Origin: Mycolicibacterium smegmatis
GTDB lineage: Bacteria; Actinomycetota; Actinomycetes; Mycobacteriales; Mycobacteriaceae
NCBI RefSeq assembly: GCF_001457595.1
Contig: NZ_LN831039.1
Coordinates: forward strand, 2,340,001 to 2,372,000
DNA length: 32,000 nt
Direction: 5' to 3'
The notes under the pieces were generated by a model. It was not told the origin of the DNA, searched no databases, and worked only from the letters and a program-made list of their open reading frames with translations. Within the stretch, counting starts at the first letter, position 1. Each line of letters starts with the position of its first letter. This document shows, one piece after another, positions 16,284 to 25,865 of the stretch. The translations under genes and the position numbers were made by a program.

Positions 16284-17648
16284 ATGACACCAGCGTTGCC
16301 GCGAACAGCGATCATCGGAGCAGGCATCAGCGGCCTGACCGCGGGCAAGATGCTCAAGGACTACCGGGTCCCGTACACCACCTTCGAGACCTCGGACCGG
16401 ATCGGCGGCAACTGGGCGTTCGGCAACCCCAACGGTCACAGCAGCGCGTACCGCTCACTGCACATCGATACCAGCAAGCATCGGTTGTCGTTCAAGGACT
16501 TCCCGATGCCCGAGCACTATCCGTCGTTCCCGCACCACACCCAGATCAAGGAGTACCTCGACGCCTACGCCGACGCGTTCGGACTGCTCGACCACATCGA
16601 GTTCGGCAACGGCGTCGTGCACGCCGAACGGGGAGCCCACGGCGGCTGGGTGATCGAGGACCAGGCCAGTGCCCGCCGGGACTTCGACCTGCTGGTGGTC
16701 GCCAACGGGCACCACTGGGATCCCCGGATGCCGGACTTCCCTGGCGAATTCACCGGCGAGCAGATCCACTCGCACCACTACATCGACCCGAGGACCCCAC
16801 TGGATCTCACGGGAAAGCGCATCCTCGTCGTGGGCATCGGCAACAGCGCCGCCGACATCACCGTCGAACTCTCGTCGCGCACACTGCAGAACCAGGTCAC
16901 CCTGTCGACCCGGTCCAGCGCGTGGATCGTGCCGAAATACCTTGCCGGCCAACCGGGGGACAAGTTCTTCCGCACCACGCCGTACCTGCCGCTGTCGTGG
17001 CAGCGCAAGGCCGTCCAGATGATCGCGCCGATGCTCGGCACCGACCCGACGGCGTATGGGCTGCCGGCGCCGAACCACAAGCTGTTCGAGGCACACCCGA
17101 CCCAGTCGGTGGAACTGCCGCTGCGACTCGGCTCGGGCGACGTCACCCCGAAACCCAACGTGGCACGCCTGTCCGGCGACACCGTGCTGTTCGAGGACGG
17201 CACCAGCGACGTCTTCGACGTCATCATCTACGCGACCGGCTACAACATCACGTTCCCGTTCTTCGATCGGGATTTCATCAGCGCACCCGACAACCAGATC
17301 CGGCTCTACAAGCGCATGTTCAAGCCGGGCATCGACGATCTGGTGTTCATCGGGTTCGCCCAGGCCATCCCCACGCTGTTCCCGTTCGTGGAATGCCAGT
17401 CCCGCCTGCTCGCGGCCTACGCCGTGGGGCGCTATGCGCTGCCGTCGACCGACGAGATGGAACGCGTCATCGACGCCGATCAGCGGTTGCACGCCGGACA
17501 CTGCACCGACCGTCCCCGGCACACCCAGCAGGTCGACTACTTCTACTACGAACACGACATCCGGGCCCGCGAAATGCCCGCCGGGGCGAAGCGCGCCGAA
17601 CGCCGCGCCGCGGGCACGCGTACGGCGATCGTCGGGAGCGTGGCATGA
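16284..17648 (+). CDS. Flavin-containing monooxygenase
   Basis: GAGISG Rossmann motif, FMO-type fingerprint FTGEQIHSHHY, second GIGNSAAD motif, ATGYN. SD AGAGGAG precedes the ATG. Confidence 0.88.
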   Translation: MTPALPRTAIIGAGISGLTAGKMLKDYRVPYTTFETSDRIGGNWAFGNPNGHSSAYRSLHIDTSKHRLSFKDFPMPEHYPSFPHHTQIKEYLDAYADAFGLLDHIEFGNGVVHAERGAHGGWVIEDQASARRDFDLLVVANGHHWDPRMPDFPGEFTGEQIHSHHYIDPRTPLDLTGKRILVVGIGNSAADITVELSSRTLQNQVTLSTRSSAWIVPKYLAGQPGDKFFRTTPYLPLSWQRKAVQMIAPMLGTDPTAYGLPAPNHKLFEAHPTQSVELPLRLGSGDVTPKPNVARLSGDTVLFEDGTSDVFDVIIYATGYNITFPFFDRDFISAPDNQIRLYKRMFKPGIDDLVFIGFAQAIPTLFPFVECQSRLLAAYAVGRYALPSTDEMERVIDADQRLHAGHCTDRPRHTQQVDYFYYEHDIRAREMPAGAKRAERRAAGTRTAIVGSVA

Positions 17649-18541
17649 CCTACACCGAGTTCACGTTCCATTCCGGCGGGCAGCGCTGCAGCGCCTGGCA
17701 TTTCCCGGCGGGCAGTGGTGGTTCAGGCAATCCGGTCGTCGTCATGGCCCACGGTTTCGGCGGCACCAAGGATTCCGGCCTGCAGCCGTTCGCCGAGCGG
17801 TTCAGCGCGGCAGGCCTCGACGCGGTGGCGTTCGACTACCGGGGCTTCGGCGCCTCCGAAGGTGAACCCCGGCAGAGCATCTCGGTGGAACGCCAGCTCG
17901 CCGACTACGACGCGGCGATCCGTGCGGCGCAGGCCATGCCCGGTGTGGACCCGCGCAAGGTGGTGCTGTGGGGCTCGTCGTTCTCGGGCAGCCACGTTCT
18001 ACGGGCCGCCGCGCGCAACACCGACGTGGCGGCCGTGATCGCCATGACCCCACTGACCAGCGGGCTGGCGGCCAGCCGTGCCGCCGTGACCCAGCGCGAC
18101 GTCGCCACGGCACTGCGCTGGACGCTCAAAGGGGTGAAGAGCCGCGTCGCGGCGGCCGTGGGTGGCGCGCCGACCATGATGCCGCTGACCGCCAAACCGG
18201 GGGAGCCCGGAGCGCTCGCGCTCGACGGCGCCTACGAGAGTTACCTCTCCATCGCCGGACCTACGTGGCGCAACGAGGTCGACGCGGGTGTGGGCATGGA
18301 GTTGGCGCGCGTCCGCACGGCCGCGGCCGCCAAGGCCCTCAAATGTCCGGTGCTGGTGCAGATCGCGGACTTCGACCGCTTCGTCCCGGCCGACTCCGTC
18401 GCCAAGACCGCCGTGCAGGCCCGCGCCCAGGTGCACCACTACGCGTGTGACCACTTCGACGTGTGGCCCGGCCACGACTGGTTCGACACCGCGGTCACCG
18501 ATCAGATCGCGTTCCTGCGCCGCACGCTGTCCCTGCGCTGA
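17645..18541 (+). CDS. Alpha/beta hydrolase
   Basis: VVMAHGFGGTKDSGLQPFAERF...AFDYRGFGASEGEPR...VVLWGSSFSGSHVL...HYACDHFDVWPG. ATGA overlap with the FMO gene. Confidence 0.88.
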   Translation: MTYTEFTFHSGGQRCSAWHFPAGSGGSGNPVVVMAHGFGGTKDSGLQPFAERFSAAGLDAVAFDYRGFGASEGEPRQSISVERQLADYDAAIRAAQAMPGVDPRKVVLWGSSFSGSHVLRAAARNTDVAAVIAMTPLTSGLAASRAAVTQRDVATALRWTLKGVKSRVAAAVGGAPTMMPLTAKPGEPGALALDGAYESYLSIAGPTWRNEVDAGVGMELARVRTAAAAKALKCPVLVQIADFDRFVPADSVAKTAVQARAQVHHYACDHFDVWPGHDWFDTAVTDQIAFLRRTLSLR

Positions 18542-18550
18542 ATTCTTCTG

Positions 18551-18612
18551 CGCGAGCAGACGTGAAACTGCGCGAAATCCCGCGTTTTCGCGCAGTTATG
18601 TGTCTGCTCGCG
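18551..18612. terminator. Long inverted repeat between convergent genes, probable bidirectional terminator
   Basis: Arms CGCGAGCAGAC-GTGA-AACTGCGCGAAA (18551-18577) and TTTTCGCGCAGTT-ATGT-GTCTGCTCGCG (18585-18612): 11 + 12 bp stem with a 4x4 internal loop. Confidence 0.75.
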
Positions 18613-18615
18613 GTA

Positions 18616-19437
18616 TCAGAACTGCGTCGAACCCAGGTCGACAGCCACCCGGCTCGCGGTGACGAAGCGCGATTCGTCGCTCGCCAGCCACACGGCGGCG
18701 TCGGCGATGTCCTCGGGTTCGGCGATGTAGTCCGGCAGGAACGGCGTGACCATCTGCATCAGGCCCGGATTGGTGTCGTTGGCGCGCGTGAGGGCGGCCA
18801 GCATGTCGCCGGTACCCATCGGGGTGTTGACGGCACCTGGATGCAGGCTGTTGACCCGGATCCGGTGCTTGCCCAGCTCGGCGGCGAACGCGCGGGCCAT
18901 GCCTGCGACAGCATGCTTGCTCGCGGTGTAGTGCACCATGAACGGCTGCATCTTGATGCCCGCCGCGGAGCTGATCAGGATGATCGAACCGCCGCGGCCC
19001 CCGTCGATGATGTGTTGGGCGCCGGCCATCACGGTGTTCCAGGTGCCGGTGACGTTGATGTCCATGACGTCGCGGAACGACTCGGGCGTGGTCTCGTTCC
19101 ACGGTTCCGGGACGGTGATACCCGCGTTGGCGACGATGACGTCGAGCCTGCCGAACTCGGCGACACCCTTGCCGACGACGTCGCGCAGTGCCTCCAGGTC
19201 GCGAGTGTCGGCCCTGGCGGCCAGGATTCGCCGACCCGTGGCCTCGACCAGGCGGGTGGTCTCGGCGAGATCCTCCGGCGTCGCCGAATCGTAGGGCACG
19301 CTGGGTGGCAAAGGCCCGGCGATGTCGACCGCGATGATGTCGGCGCCCTCCTTGGCCATGCGGACCGCATGCGCGCGGCCCTGACCGCGGGCGGCCCCGG
19401 TGATGAACGCGACCCGTCCGGTCAGCCGCTCGGCCAT
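18616..19437 (-). CDS. SDR-family oxidoreductase, mycofactocin-coupled type
   Basis: TGAARGQGRAHAVRMAKEGADIIAVDI, inserted segment SATPEDLAETTRLVEATGRRILAARADTRD, catalytic ISSAAG...HYTASKHAV. Confidence 0.85.
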   Translation of the reverse strand: MAERLTGRVAFITGAARGQGRAHAVRMAKEGADIIAVDIAGPLPPSVPYDSATPEDLAETTRLVEATGRRILAARADTRDLEALRDVVGKGVAEFGRLDVIVANAGITVPEPWNETTPESFRDVMDINVTGTWNTVMAGAQHIIDGGRGGSIILISSAAGIKMQPFMVHYTASKHAVAGMARAFAAELGKHRIRVNSLHPGAVNTPMGTGDMLAALTRANDTNPGLMQMVTPFLPDYIAEPEDIADAAVWLASDESRFVTASRVAVDLGSTQF

Positions 19438-19479
19438 CGGATCTCCTCTGTGTCGGTGGGGTTGTCGTCGGCTTCGATG

Positions 19480-20697
19480 TCAGAGTTGACGCTGCGCGGC
19501 CTTCACCAGGCCGCCGCCGATGATCAGGCGCTGAATCTCGCTCGTGCCCTCGTACAGGCGCAGCAACCGGACCTCACGATAAATGCGTTCGACCGGAACT
19601 TCGCGCATATACCCTGTACCGCCGTGGATCTGGACGGCGAGATCGGCGACGGTGCCTGCCATTTCGGTGCAGTACAGCTTCGCCGCCGACGGGGCGATGC
19701 GCCGGTCCTCACCGGTCACCCACTTCTGCGCGGCGTCGCGCACCAGTGCGCGGCCCGCCATGACGCCGGTCTGCTGGTCGGCGATCATGGCCTGCACCAA
19801 CTGGAAATTGCCGATCGGCTGGCCGCCCTGCGTCGCGGTGGCGGCATAGGCGACCGATTCGTCGAGCGCGCGTTGCGCGGTGCCGACGGCGAGTGCGGCG
19901 ATGTGGACGCGGCCACGGGCCAGTGACGTCATCGCGGCGCGGTAGCCGACGTCCTCGCTGCCGCCGACGAGTGCCGCTGCCGGGACGCGGACGTCGGTGA
20001 AGTTGACGTCTGCGGTCCACGCGCCTTCCTGGCCCATCTTGGCGTCCTTGGGCCCGACTTCCACGCCGGGAGTGTCGGCGGGCACCAGGAACACCGCGAT
20101 ACCGGCGCCATCGGCGTCGGCCGGGCGGGTGCGGGCGAACACGACGAACAGCCCGGCCGTCGGTGCGTTGGTGATGAAACGCTTCTGGCCGTTGATCACC
20201 CAATCCGAACCGTCACGAACGGCCTTGGTGCGCAAGCCCGCCGGATTGGAACCCGCACCGGGTTCGGTGAGTGCGAAAGAGGCCACGACCTCGCCCGACG
20301 CGATGCCCTCGAGCCACTGCTGCTTCTGCTCGTCGGTGCCGAATCCGACCAGCACCTGACCGGCGATTCCGTTGTTGGTGCCGAACATCGACCGTAGTGC
20401 CAGTGACGTGTAGCCGAATTCCATTGCCAGTTCGACATCCTGGGCCAGGTTGAGGCCCAGACCGCCCCACTGCTGGGGGATCGCGTAGCCGAACAGGCCC
20501 ATGTTCTTGGCCTGCTCGCGGATGTCGTCGGGCACCTTGTCGGTGGCGAGGATCTCGTTCTCCCGGGGCACCACGGCATTTCGGATGAAGCTGCGGGCCT
20601 GCGCCAGGATCTCCTCGAAATCCTCGTCGCCCACTTCGGCTGCGGACTGGCCGTCGGTCACCGTTCCGGTCACAAAGACTCCTTTGCCTCTTGCCAT
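19480..20697 (-). CDS. Acyl-CoA dehydrogenase
   Basis: [51 protein letters not shown]...[40 protein letters not shown]. Start at MARGKG (20697). Confidence 0.92.
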   Translation of the reverse strand: MARGKGVFVTGTVTDGQSAAEVGDEDFEEILAQARSFIRNAVVPRENEILATDKVPDDIREQAKNMGLFGYAIPQQWGGLGLNLAQDVELAMEFGYTSLALRSMFGTNNGIAGQVLVGFGTDEQKQQWLEGIASGEVVASFALTEPGAGSNPAGLRTKAVRDGSDWVINGQKRFITNAPTAGLFVVFARTRPADADGAGIAVFLVPADTPGVEVGPKDAKMGQEGAWTADVNFTDVRVPAAALVGGSEDVGYRAAMTSLARGRVHIAALAVGTAQRALDESVAYAATATQGGQPIGNFQLVQAMIADQQTGVMAGRALVRDAAQKWVTGEDRRIAPSAAKLYCTEMAGTVADLAVQIHGGTGYMREVPVERIYREVRLLRLYEGTSEIQRLIIGGGLVKAAQRQL

Positions 20698-20715
20698 AGG
20701 GGTAGCGAGTTCCAG

Positions 20716-20731
20716 ATATCGTATATGAAAT
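20716..20731. promoter_or_regulatory. Candidate GntR/FadR-type operator ATATCGTATATGAAAT in a divergent promoter region
   Basis: 12 of 16 positions are symmetric on reverse-complementing. AT-rich island between the divergent genes at 20697 and 20785. Confidence 0.4.
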
Positions 20732-20784
20732 ATGATCGAGCCCGGGCGGTGCCCCAAGCGTCGACGAAGAGGACAGGTGATCGA

Positions 20785-21525
20785 GTGTCATTGCTGACCG
20801 GACAGACTGCGGTGGTCACGGGCGGAGCCCAGGGGCTCGGTCTCGCCATCGCGAAGCGCTTCATCTCCGAAGGCGCCCGCGTGGTGCTGGGCGACCTCAA
20901 CTCCGAGGCCACCGAGGCCGCGGTGGAGGAGCTCGGCGGATCCGAGGTGGCCGCGGCCGTGCGCTGCGACGTGACGTCGTCGGCCGACGTCGACGCTTTG
21001 GTGCAAGCCGCGGTCGAGCGGTTCGGCGGTCTGGACATCATGGTCAACAACGCGGGCATCACACGTGATGCGACATTGCGCAAGATGACCGAGGAGCAGT
21101 TCGACCAGGTCATCGCGGTCCATCTGAAGGGCACGTGGAACGGCACCAAGGCGGCCGCGGCGATCATGCGGGAGAACAAGCGCGGCGCGATCGTGAACAT
21201 GTCCTCGATCTCCGGCAAGGTCGGACTGATCGGACAGACCAACTACTCGGCGGCCAAGGCCGGCATCGTCGGCATGACCAAGGCCGCGGCCAAGGAACTC
21301 GCGTACCTCGGGGTGCGGGTGAACGCGATCCAGCCCGGGCTCATCCGTTCGGCCATGACCGAGGCCATGCCGCAACGCATCTGGGACGAGAAGCTCGCCG
21401 AGATCCCGATGGGGCGTGCCGGTGAACCCGACGAGGTGGCCAAGGTGGCGCTGTTCCTCGCGAGCGATCTGTCGTCGTACATGACCGGCACCGTGCTCGA
21501 GGTCACCGGCGGTCGGCACGTATGA
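20785..21525 (+). CDS. SDR-family 3-oxoacyl reductase / 3-hydroxyacyl-CoA dehydrogenase-like (FabG-like)
   Basis: [57 protein letters not shown] start at 20785. Confidence 0.88.
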   Translation: MSLLTGQTAVVTGGAQGLGLAIAKRFISEGARVVLGDLNSEATEAAVEELGGSEVAAAVRCDVTSSADVDALVQAAVERFGGLDIMVNNAGITRDATLRKMTEEQFDQVIAVHLKGTWNGTKAAAAIMRENKRGAIVNMSSISGKVGLIGQTNYSAAKAGIVGMTKAAAKELAYLGVRVNAIQPGLIRSAMTEAMPQRIWDEKLAEIPMGRAGEPDEVAKVALFLASDLSSYMTGTVLEVTGGRHV

Positions 21526-22745
21526 GCATGCGCGACGCCGTCATCTGTGAACCCGTCCGGACCCCGATCGGCCGTTACGGCGGCATGTTCCGGTCTCTCA
21601 CCGCGGTCGACCTCGGGGTGACCGCGCTGAAAGGTCTTCTGGAGCGCACCGGTATCGCAGCCGATCAGGTGGAAGACGTCATCCTCGGGCACTGCTACCC
21701 CAACAGCGAGGCGCCCGCGATCGGCCGCGTCGTCGCACTCGACGCCGGCTTGCCGATCACGGTGCCCGGTATGCAGGTCGACCGCCGGTGCGGTTCCGGT
21801 CTGCAGGCCGTCATCCAGGCGTGCCTGCAGGTGCGCAGCGGCGATCACGATCTCGTGGTCGCAGGCGGGGCCGAGAGCATGAGCAACGTCGCGTTCTACT
21901 CCACCGACATGCGGTGGGGCGGAGCACGTACGGGTGTGCAGATCCACGACGGCCTCGCACGCGGACGGACCACCGCGGGCGGCAAGTTCCATCCGGTGCC
22001 CGGCGGCATGCTCGAAACCGCCGAGAACCTGCGCCGCGAGTACCACATCAGCCGTACCGAGCAGGACGAACTCGCGGTGCGTTCGCATCAGCGCGCGGTC
22101 GCCGCGCAGTCCGAGGGCGTGCTGGCCGAGGAGATCATCCCCGTCCCCGTGCGCACTCGCGACGGCGAAGAGACCATCAGCGTCGACGAGCATCCGCGCG
22201 CCGACACCACGGTCGAGGCTCTCGCCAAGCTCAAACCGGTTCTGCTCAAGCAGGATCCGGAGGCGACGGTGACCGCGGGTAATTCCAGCGGCCAGAACGA
22301 CGCGGCCTCGATGTGCATCGTCACCACCCCGGAGAAGGCCGCCGAACTGGGGCTCAAGCCGCTGGTGCGGTTGGTGTCATGGGGTTCGGCCGGTGTGGCG
22401 CCCGACCTCATGGGCATCGGGCCGGTCCCGGCCACCGAGGTGGCGCTGGCCAAGGCCGGCCTGACTCTGGCTGATATCGATCTGATCGAACTCAACGAGG
22501 CGTTCGCCGCGCAGGCGCTCGCAGTGATGCGCGAGTGGAAGTTCGGCGAGGCCGACCACGAGCGCACCAATGTCCGCGGTTCGGGTATCTCGCTGGGCCA
22601 CCCGGTGGGAGCGACCGGCGGCCGGATGCTCGCGACGCTCGCGCGTGAACTCCACCGGCGCGAGGCCCGTTACGGGCTGGAGACCATGTGCATCGGTGGC
22701 GGTCAGGGTCTGGCCGCCGTGTTCGAACGGGTGCAAGAGGGATAG
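21522..22745 (+). CDS. Thiolase (acetyl-CoA C-acyltransferase)
   Basis: [25 protein letters not shown] (active Cys), [39 protein letters not shown]. Confidence 0.93.
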   Translation: MSMRDAVICEPVRTPIGRYGGMFRSLTAVDLGVTALKGLLERTGIAADQVEDVILGHCYPNSEAPAIGRVVALDAGLPITVPGMQVDRRCGSGLQAVIQACLQVRSGDHDLVVAGGAESMSNVAFYSTDMRWGGARTGVQIHDGLARGRTTAGGKFHPVPGGMLETAENLRREYHISRTEQDELAVRSHQRAVAAQSEGVLAEEIIPVPVRTRDGEETISVDEHPRADTTVEALAKLKPVLLKQDPEATVTAGNSSGQNDAASMCIVTTPEKAAELGLKPLVRLVSWGSAGVAPDLMGIGPVPATEVALAKAGLTLADIDLIELNEAFAAQALAVMREWKFGEADHERTNVRGSGISLGHPVGATGGRMLATLARELHRREARYGLETMCIGGGQGLAAVFERVQEG

Positions 22746-22752
22746 GGCGACG

Positions 22753-23946
22753 ATGACCAAACTGGCCCAGACACTGGGGCTCACCGAATTCCAGACCGAG
22801 ATCATCTCGACGGTGCGGCAGCTCGTCGACAAGGAGATCATCCCGGCCGCACAGGAACTCGAACATTCCGACACCTACCCGCAGGCCATCGTCGACCAGA
22901 TGAAACAGATGGGCCTGTTCGGGTTGATGATCCCCGAGGAGTACGGCGGCCTCGGCGAATCGCTGCTCACCTACGCGCTGTGCGTGGAGGAACTCGCACG
23001 CGGCTGGATGAGCGTGTCGGGCGTGATCAACACGCACTTCATCGTCGCGTACATGATCCGCCAGCACGGCACCGACGAACAGAAGCGGAAGTTCCTGCCG
23101 CGCATGGCCACCGGCGAGACGCGCGGCGCGTTCTCGATGTCGGAGCCCGAACTGGGTTCGGATGTCGCGGCGATCCGCACCCGCGCCCGCAACAACGACG
23201 ACGGCACGTACACCATCGACGGCCAGAAGATGTGGCTGACCAACGGCGGCAGTTCCACCCTGGTGGCCGCCCTGGTGCGCACCGACGAGGGTGCCGACAA
23301 ACCACACCGCAACCTCACGGCGTTCCTCATAGAGAAGCCCGAGGGCTTCGGCGAAGTGCTGCCGGGCCTGACCATCCCGGGCAAGCTCGACAAGCTCGGC
23401 TACAAGGGCATCGACACCACCGAGCTCATCTTCGACGGCTACCGCGCTGATGCCGCCGACATTCTCGGCGGCACGCCCGGGCAGGGCTTCTTCCAGATGA
23501 TGGACGGCGTCGAGGTGGGCCGGGTCAACGTCTCGGCGCGCGCGTGCGGTGTCGGGCTGCGGGCGTTCGAACTCGCGGTGCGCTACGCGCAGCAGCGCGA
23601 GACCTTCGGCAAGCCGATCGCCGAGCACCAGGCCGTGGCGTTCCAACTGGCCGAGATGGCCACCAAGGTGGAGGCCGCCCATCTGATGATGGTCAACGCC
23701 GCACGGCTCAAGGACTCGGGTGAGCGCAACGACGTCGCGGCCGGCATGGCGAAATACCTTGCCAGCGAGTTCTGTTCGGAGGTCACGCAGCAGGCCTTCC
23801 GGATCCACGGCGGTTACGGCTACTCCAAGGAGTACGAGATCGAACGGTTGATGCGGGATGCGCCGTTCCTGCTCATCGGCGAGGGGACCAGTGAGATCCA
23901 GAAGAACATCATCAGCAAGCGGCTGCTCGCGGACTACAAGGTCTGA
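22753..23946 (+). CDS. Acyl-CoA dehydrogenase
   Basis: GLMIPEEYGGLGESLLTYALCVEELARGW...FSMSEPELGSDVAAIRT...RIHGGYGYSKEYEIERLMRDAPFLLIGEGTSEIQKNII. Confidence 0.92.
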   Translation: MTKLAQTLGLTEFQTEIISTVRQLVDKEIIPAAQELEHSDTYPQAIVDQMKQMGLFGLMIPEEYGGLGESLLTYALCVEELARGWMSVSGVINTHFIVAYMIRQHGTDEQKRKFLPRMATGETRGAFSMSEPELGSDVAAIRTRARNNDDGTYTIDGQKMWLTNGGSSTLVAALVRTDEGADKPHRNLTAFLIEKPEGFGEVLPGLTIPGKLDKLGYKGIDTTELIFDGYRADAADILGGTPGQGFFQMMDGVEVGRVNVSARACGVGLRAFELAVRYAQQRETFGKPIAEHQAVAFQLAEMATKVEAAHLMMVNAARLKDSGERNDVAAGMAKYLASEFCSEVTQQAFRIHGGYGYSKEYEIERLMRDAPFLLIGEGTSEIQKNIISKRLLADYKV

Positions 23947-23949
23947 GCC

Positions 23950-24618
23950 GTGACCGTCCCGGATTTCGCCGCGCGCCCGCAACTCGCCGAGGACGTGGCG
24001 CGACTCATCCGCCGGCGGATCTTCGACGGCACGTACCCGGCGGGCAAGTACATTCGGCTCGACCAGCTCGCGGCCGAACTGGGCATCAGCGTCACGCCGG
24101 TGCGCGAGGCGCTGTTCGGGCTGCGCACCGAGGGACTGCTGGCACAGCAGCCCCGGCGCGGCTTCATCGTGTTGCCGGTGACGCGACGCGACATCGACGA
24201 CGTGGCCGGGGTGCAGGCGCACATCGGCGGACAGTTGGCCGCACGCGCGGCCGGGCAGATCACCGATGCCCAGCTCGAGGAGCTCGGCCGGATCCAGGAC
24301 GAGCTGGAGCAGGCCTACGCGCGCGACGACCACGAGGCGGCGGTGCGTCTCAACCACGCGTTCCACCGCGGGGTCAACCGCGCTGCCGAGTCACCCAAGC
24401 TCGCGCAGCTGATGTCCCAGATCACCCGCTACGCACTGGAATCGGTGTATCCGACGGTGGAGGGCTGGCCCGAACAGTCCACGCACGACCACCGCCGGAT
24501 CCTCGATGCGCTCGGCAGACACGACGGTGAACTCGCGCGCGCCGCCATGGCCGATCACCTGTGTGCGGCCTCCAAACCCCTGATCGACCATCTAGCCCGG
24601 CTCGGTGTCCTGGAGTAA
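23950..24618 (+). CDS. GntR-family regulator with FCD-type C-terminal domain
   Basis: LIRRRIFDGTYPAGKYIRLDQLAAELGISVTPVREALFGLRTEGLLAQQPRRGFIV, followed by a helical FCD-like domain. Confidence 0.9.
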   Translation: MTVPDFAARPQLAEDVARLIRRRIFDGTYPAGKYIRLDQLAAELGISVTPVREALFGLRTEGLLAQQPRRGFIVLPVTRRDIDDVAGVQAHIGGQLAARAAGQITDAQLEELGRIQDELEQAYARDDHEAAVRLNHAFHRGVNRAAESPKLAQLMSQITRYALESVYPTVEGWPEQSTHDHRRILDALGRHDGELARAAMADHLCAASKPLIDHLARLGVLE

Positions 24619-24662
24619 GGGCCCGCGGGTGTGACACTTCCTCGCCAGAGAAAAGGTGAACC

Positions 24663-25850
24663 ATGCCAGGTGTTCTCGACGGAATACGGGTACTGGACTA
24701 CGGCCGGTTCATCGCGGCGCCATGGTGCAGCGCGATCCTGGCCGACATGGGCGCCGACGTGCTGCGCGTGGAGAAGCGCGAAGGCGGCGAGGACCGGTGG
24801 GTCCAGGGCGTCACCGAAGGCGGTGAAGGCGGCACGTTCCTGCAGTGCAACCGCAACAAGCGTTCCCTGACACTGGATTCGACCACCGAGGCGGGCGCGG
24901 AGATCACGCGGCGTCTGGTCGAGCGCGCCGACGTCGTCATCGTCAACATGCCTGCCGCGGGCATGCGCGCCAGTGGCCTGGACTACCACACGCTCAAGGC
25001 CGTCAAGCCCGATATCATCCTCGCCAGCGCGACGGCCTACGGCGAGGGTGGGCCCTACAGCGACCGCATCGGTTTCGACGGTGCCGGACAGATGATGTCG
25101 GGTGCGGTGTACCGCCAGGGCCTGCCCGATCAGCCGATCCGAACCGTGGTGCCCTACGCCGACTTCGGCACCGCGCTGACGCTGACGATCGGTGTCATGA
25201 TGGCGCTCTACCACCGTGACCGTACCGGCGAAGGGCAGCATGTGGAGGGCGCACTGCTGCCGACGGCGCTGATGCTGTCGAATGCGTTCCTGATCGAGCG
25301 GGAACTGCTGCGGATCGACAAACCCCGCATGGGCAACAAGGGTGCCTCGGTCGCACCGTGCGACCTGTACCGCACGGCCAACGGCGAGTGGGTGCTGCTG
25401 CAGGTCGCCGGCCAACCCATGTTCAAGCGCTGGTGCCGCCTGGTGGGCCGCGAGGAACTCTTCGACGATCCGCGCTTCGCCGACGACGATCTGCGGTGGC
25501 AGAACGGTGACGTGCTCAACGACATCATGGCGAGGTGGTGCGCCGACAAGACCAAGGCGCAGGTGCTGGAGCTGCTGGAGAAGGCGAAAATGCCCTCCGC
25601 GCCGCTGTATTCGACGCAGGATGTGCTCGACGATCCGCATATCGCGGCCATGGGGTATCTGCAGCGCGTGCCGTTCCCCGGTGCGCCGCGGGATGTGCCG
25701 ATCGTCGACACCCCGTTCCGCATGTCGGCGACACCCGGCAGCATCCGCCGCCGCGCACCGCTGCTCGGCGAGCACACCGACGAGGTGCTCGCCGAGATCG
25801 GCTACAGCGCAGCCGAGATCGAGCGGCTGCGTGCCGACGCCATCATCTGA
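24663..25850 (+). CDS. CaiB/BaiF-type (class III) CoA transferase
   Basis: LDGIRVLDYGRFIAAPWCSAILADMGADVLRVEKREGGEDRWVQG...NKRSLTLDSTTEAGAEITRRLVERADVVI. Confidence 0.92.
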   Translation: MPGVLDGIRVLDYGRFIAAPWCSAILADMGADVLRVEKREGGEDRWVQGVTEGGEGGTFLQCNRNKRSLTLDSTTEAGAEITRRLVERADVVIVNMPAAGMRASGLDYHTLKAVKPDIILASATAYGEGGPYSDRIGFDGAGQMMSGAVYRQGLPDQPIRTVVPYADFGTALTLTIGVMMALYHRDRTGEGQHVEGALLPTALMLSNAFLIERELLRIDKPRMGNKGASVAPCDLYRTANGEWVLLQVAGQPMFKRWCRLVGREELFDDPRFADDDLRWQNGDVLNDIMARWCADKTKAQVLELLEKAKMPSAPLYSTQDVLDDPHIAAMGYLQRVPFPGAPRDVPIVDTPFRMSATPGSIRRRAPLLGEHTDEVLAEIGYSAAEIERLRADAII

Positions 25851-25865
25851 TCAGGCGCGTGTGGA

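Noticed and set aside
16259-17644. Long read-through form of the alpha/beta hydrolase ORF starting at 16259
   Set aside because: The N-terminal 460 residues are an out-of-frame shadow of the FMO gene. The true start is the ATG at 17645, overlapping the FMO stop.
18551-18612. Considered as an insertion-sequence end or a CRISPR-like repeat
   Set aside because: Single copy, no transposase or target duplication, no regular spacers. The position between convergent stops fits a terminator.
22492-24366. 624-aa minus-strand ORF opposite thiolase, acyl-CoA dehydrogenase and GntR genes
   Set aside because: Shadow ORF over three conserved genes with intact catalytic motifs.
24555-25775. 406-aa minus-strand ORF opposite the CoA transferase
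   Set aside because: Antisense shadow of a strongly supported CaiB/BaiF gene; no domain pattern.
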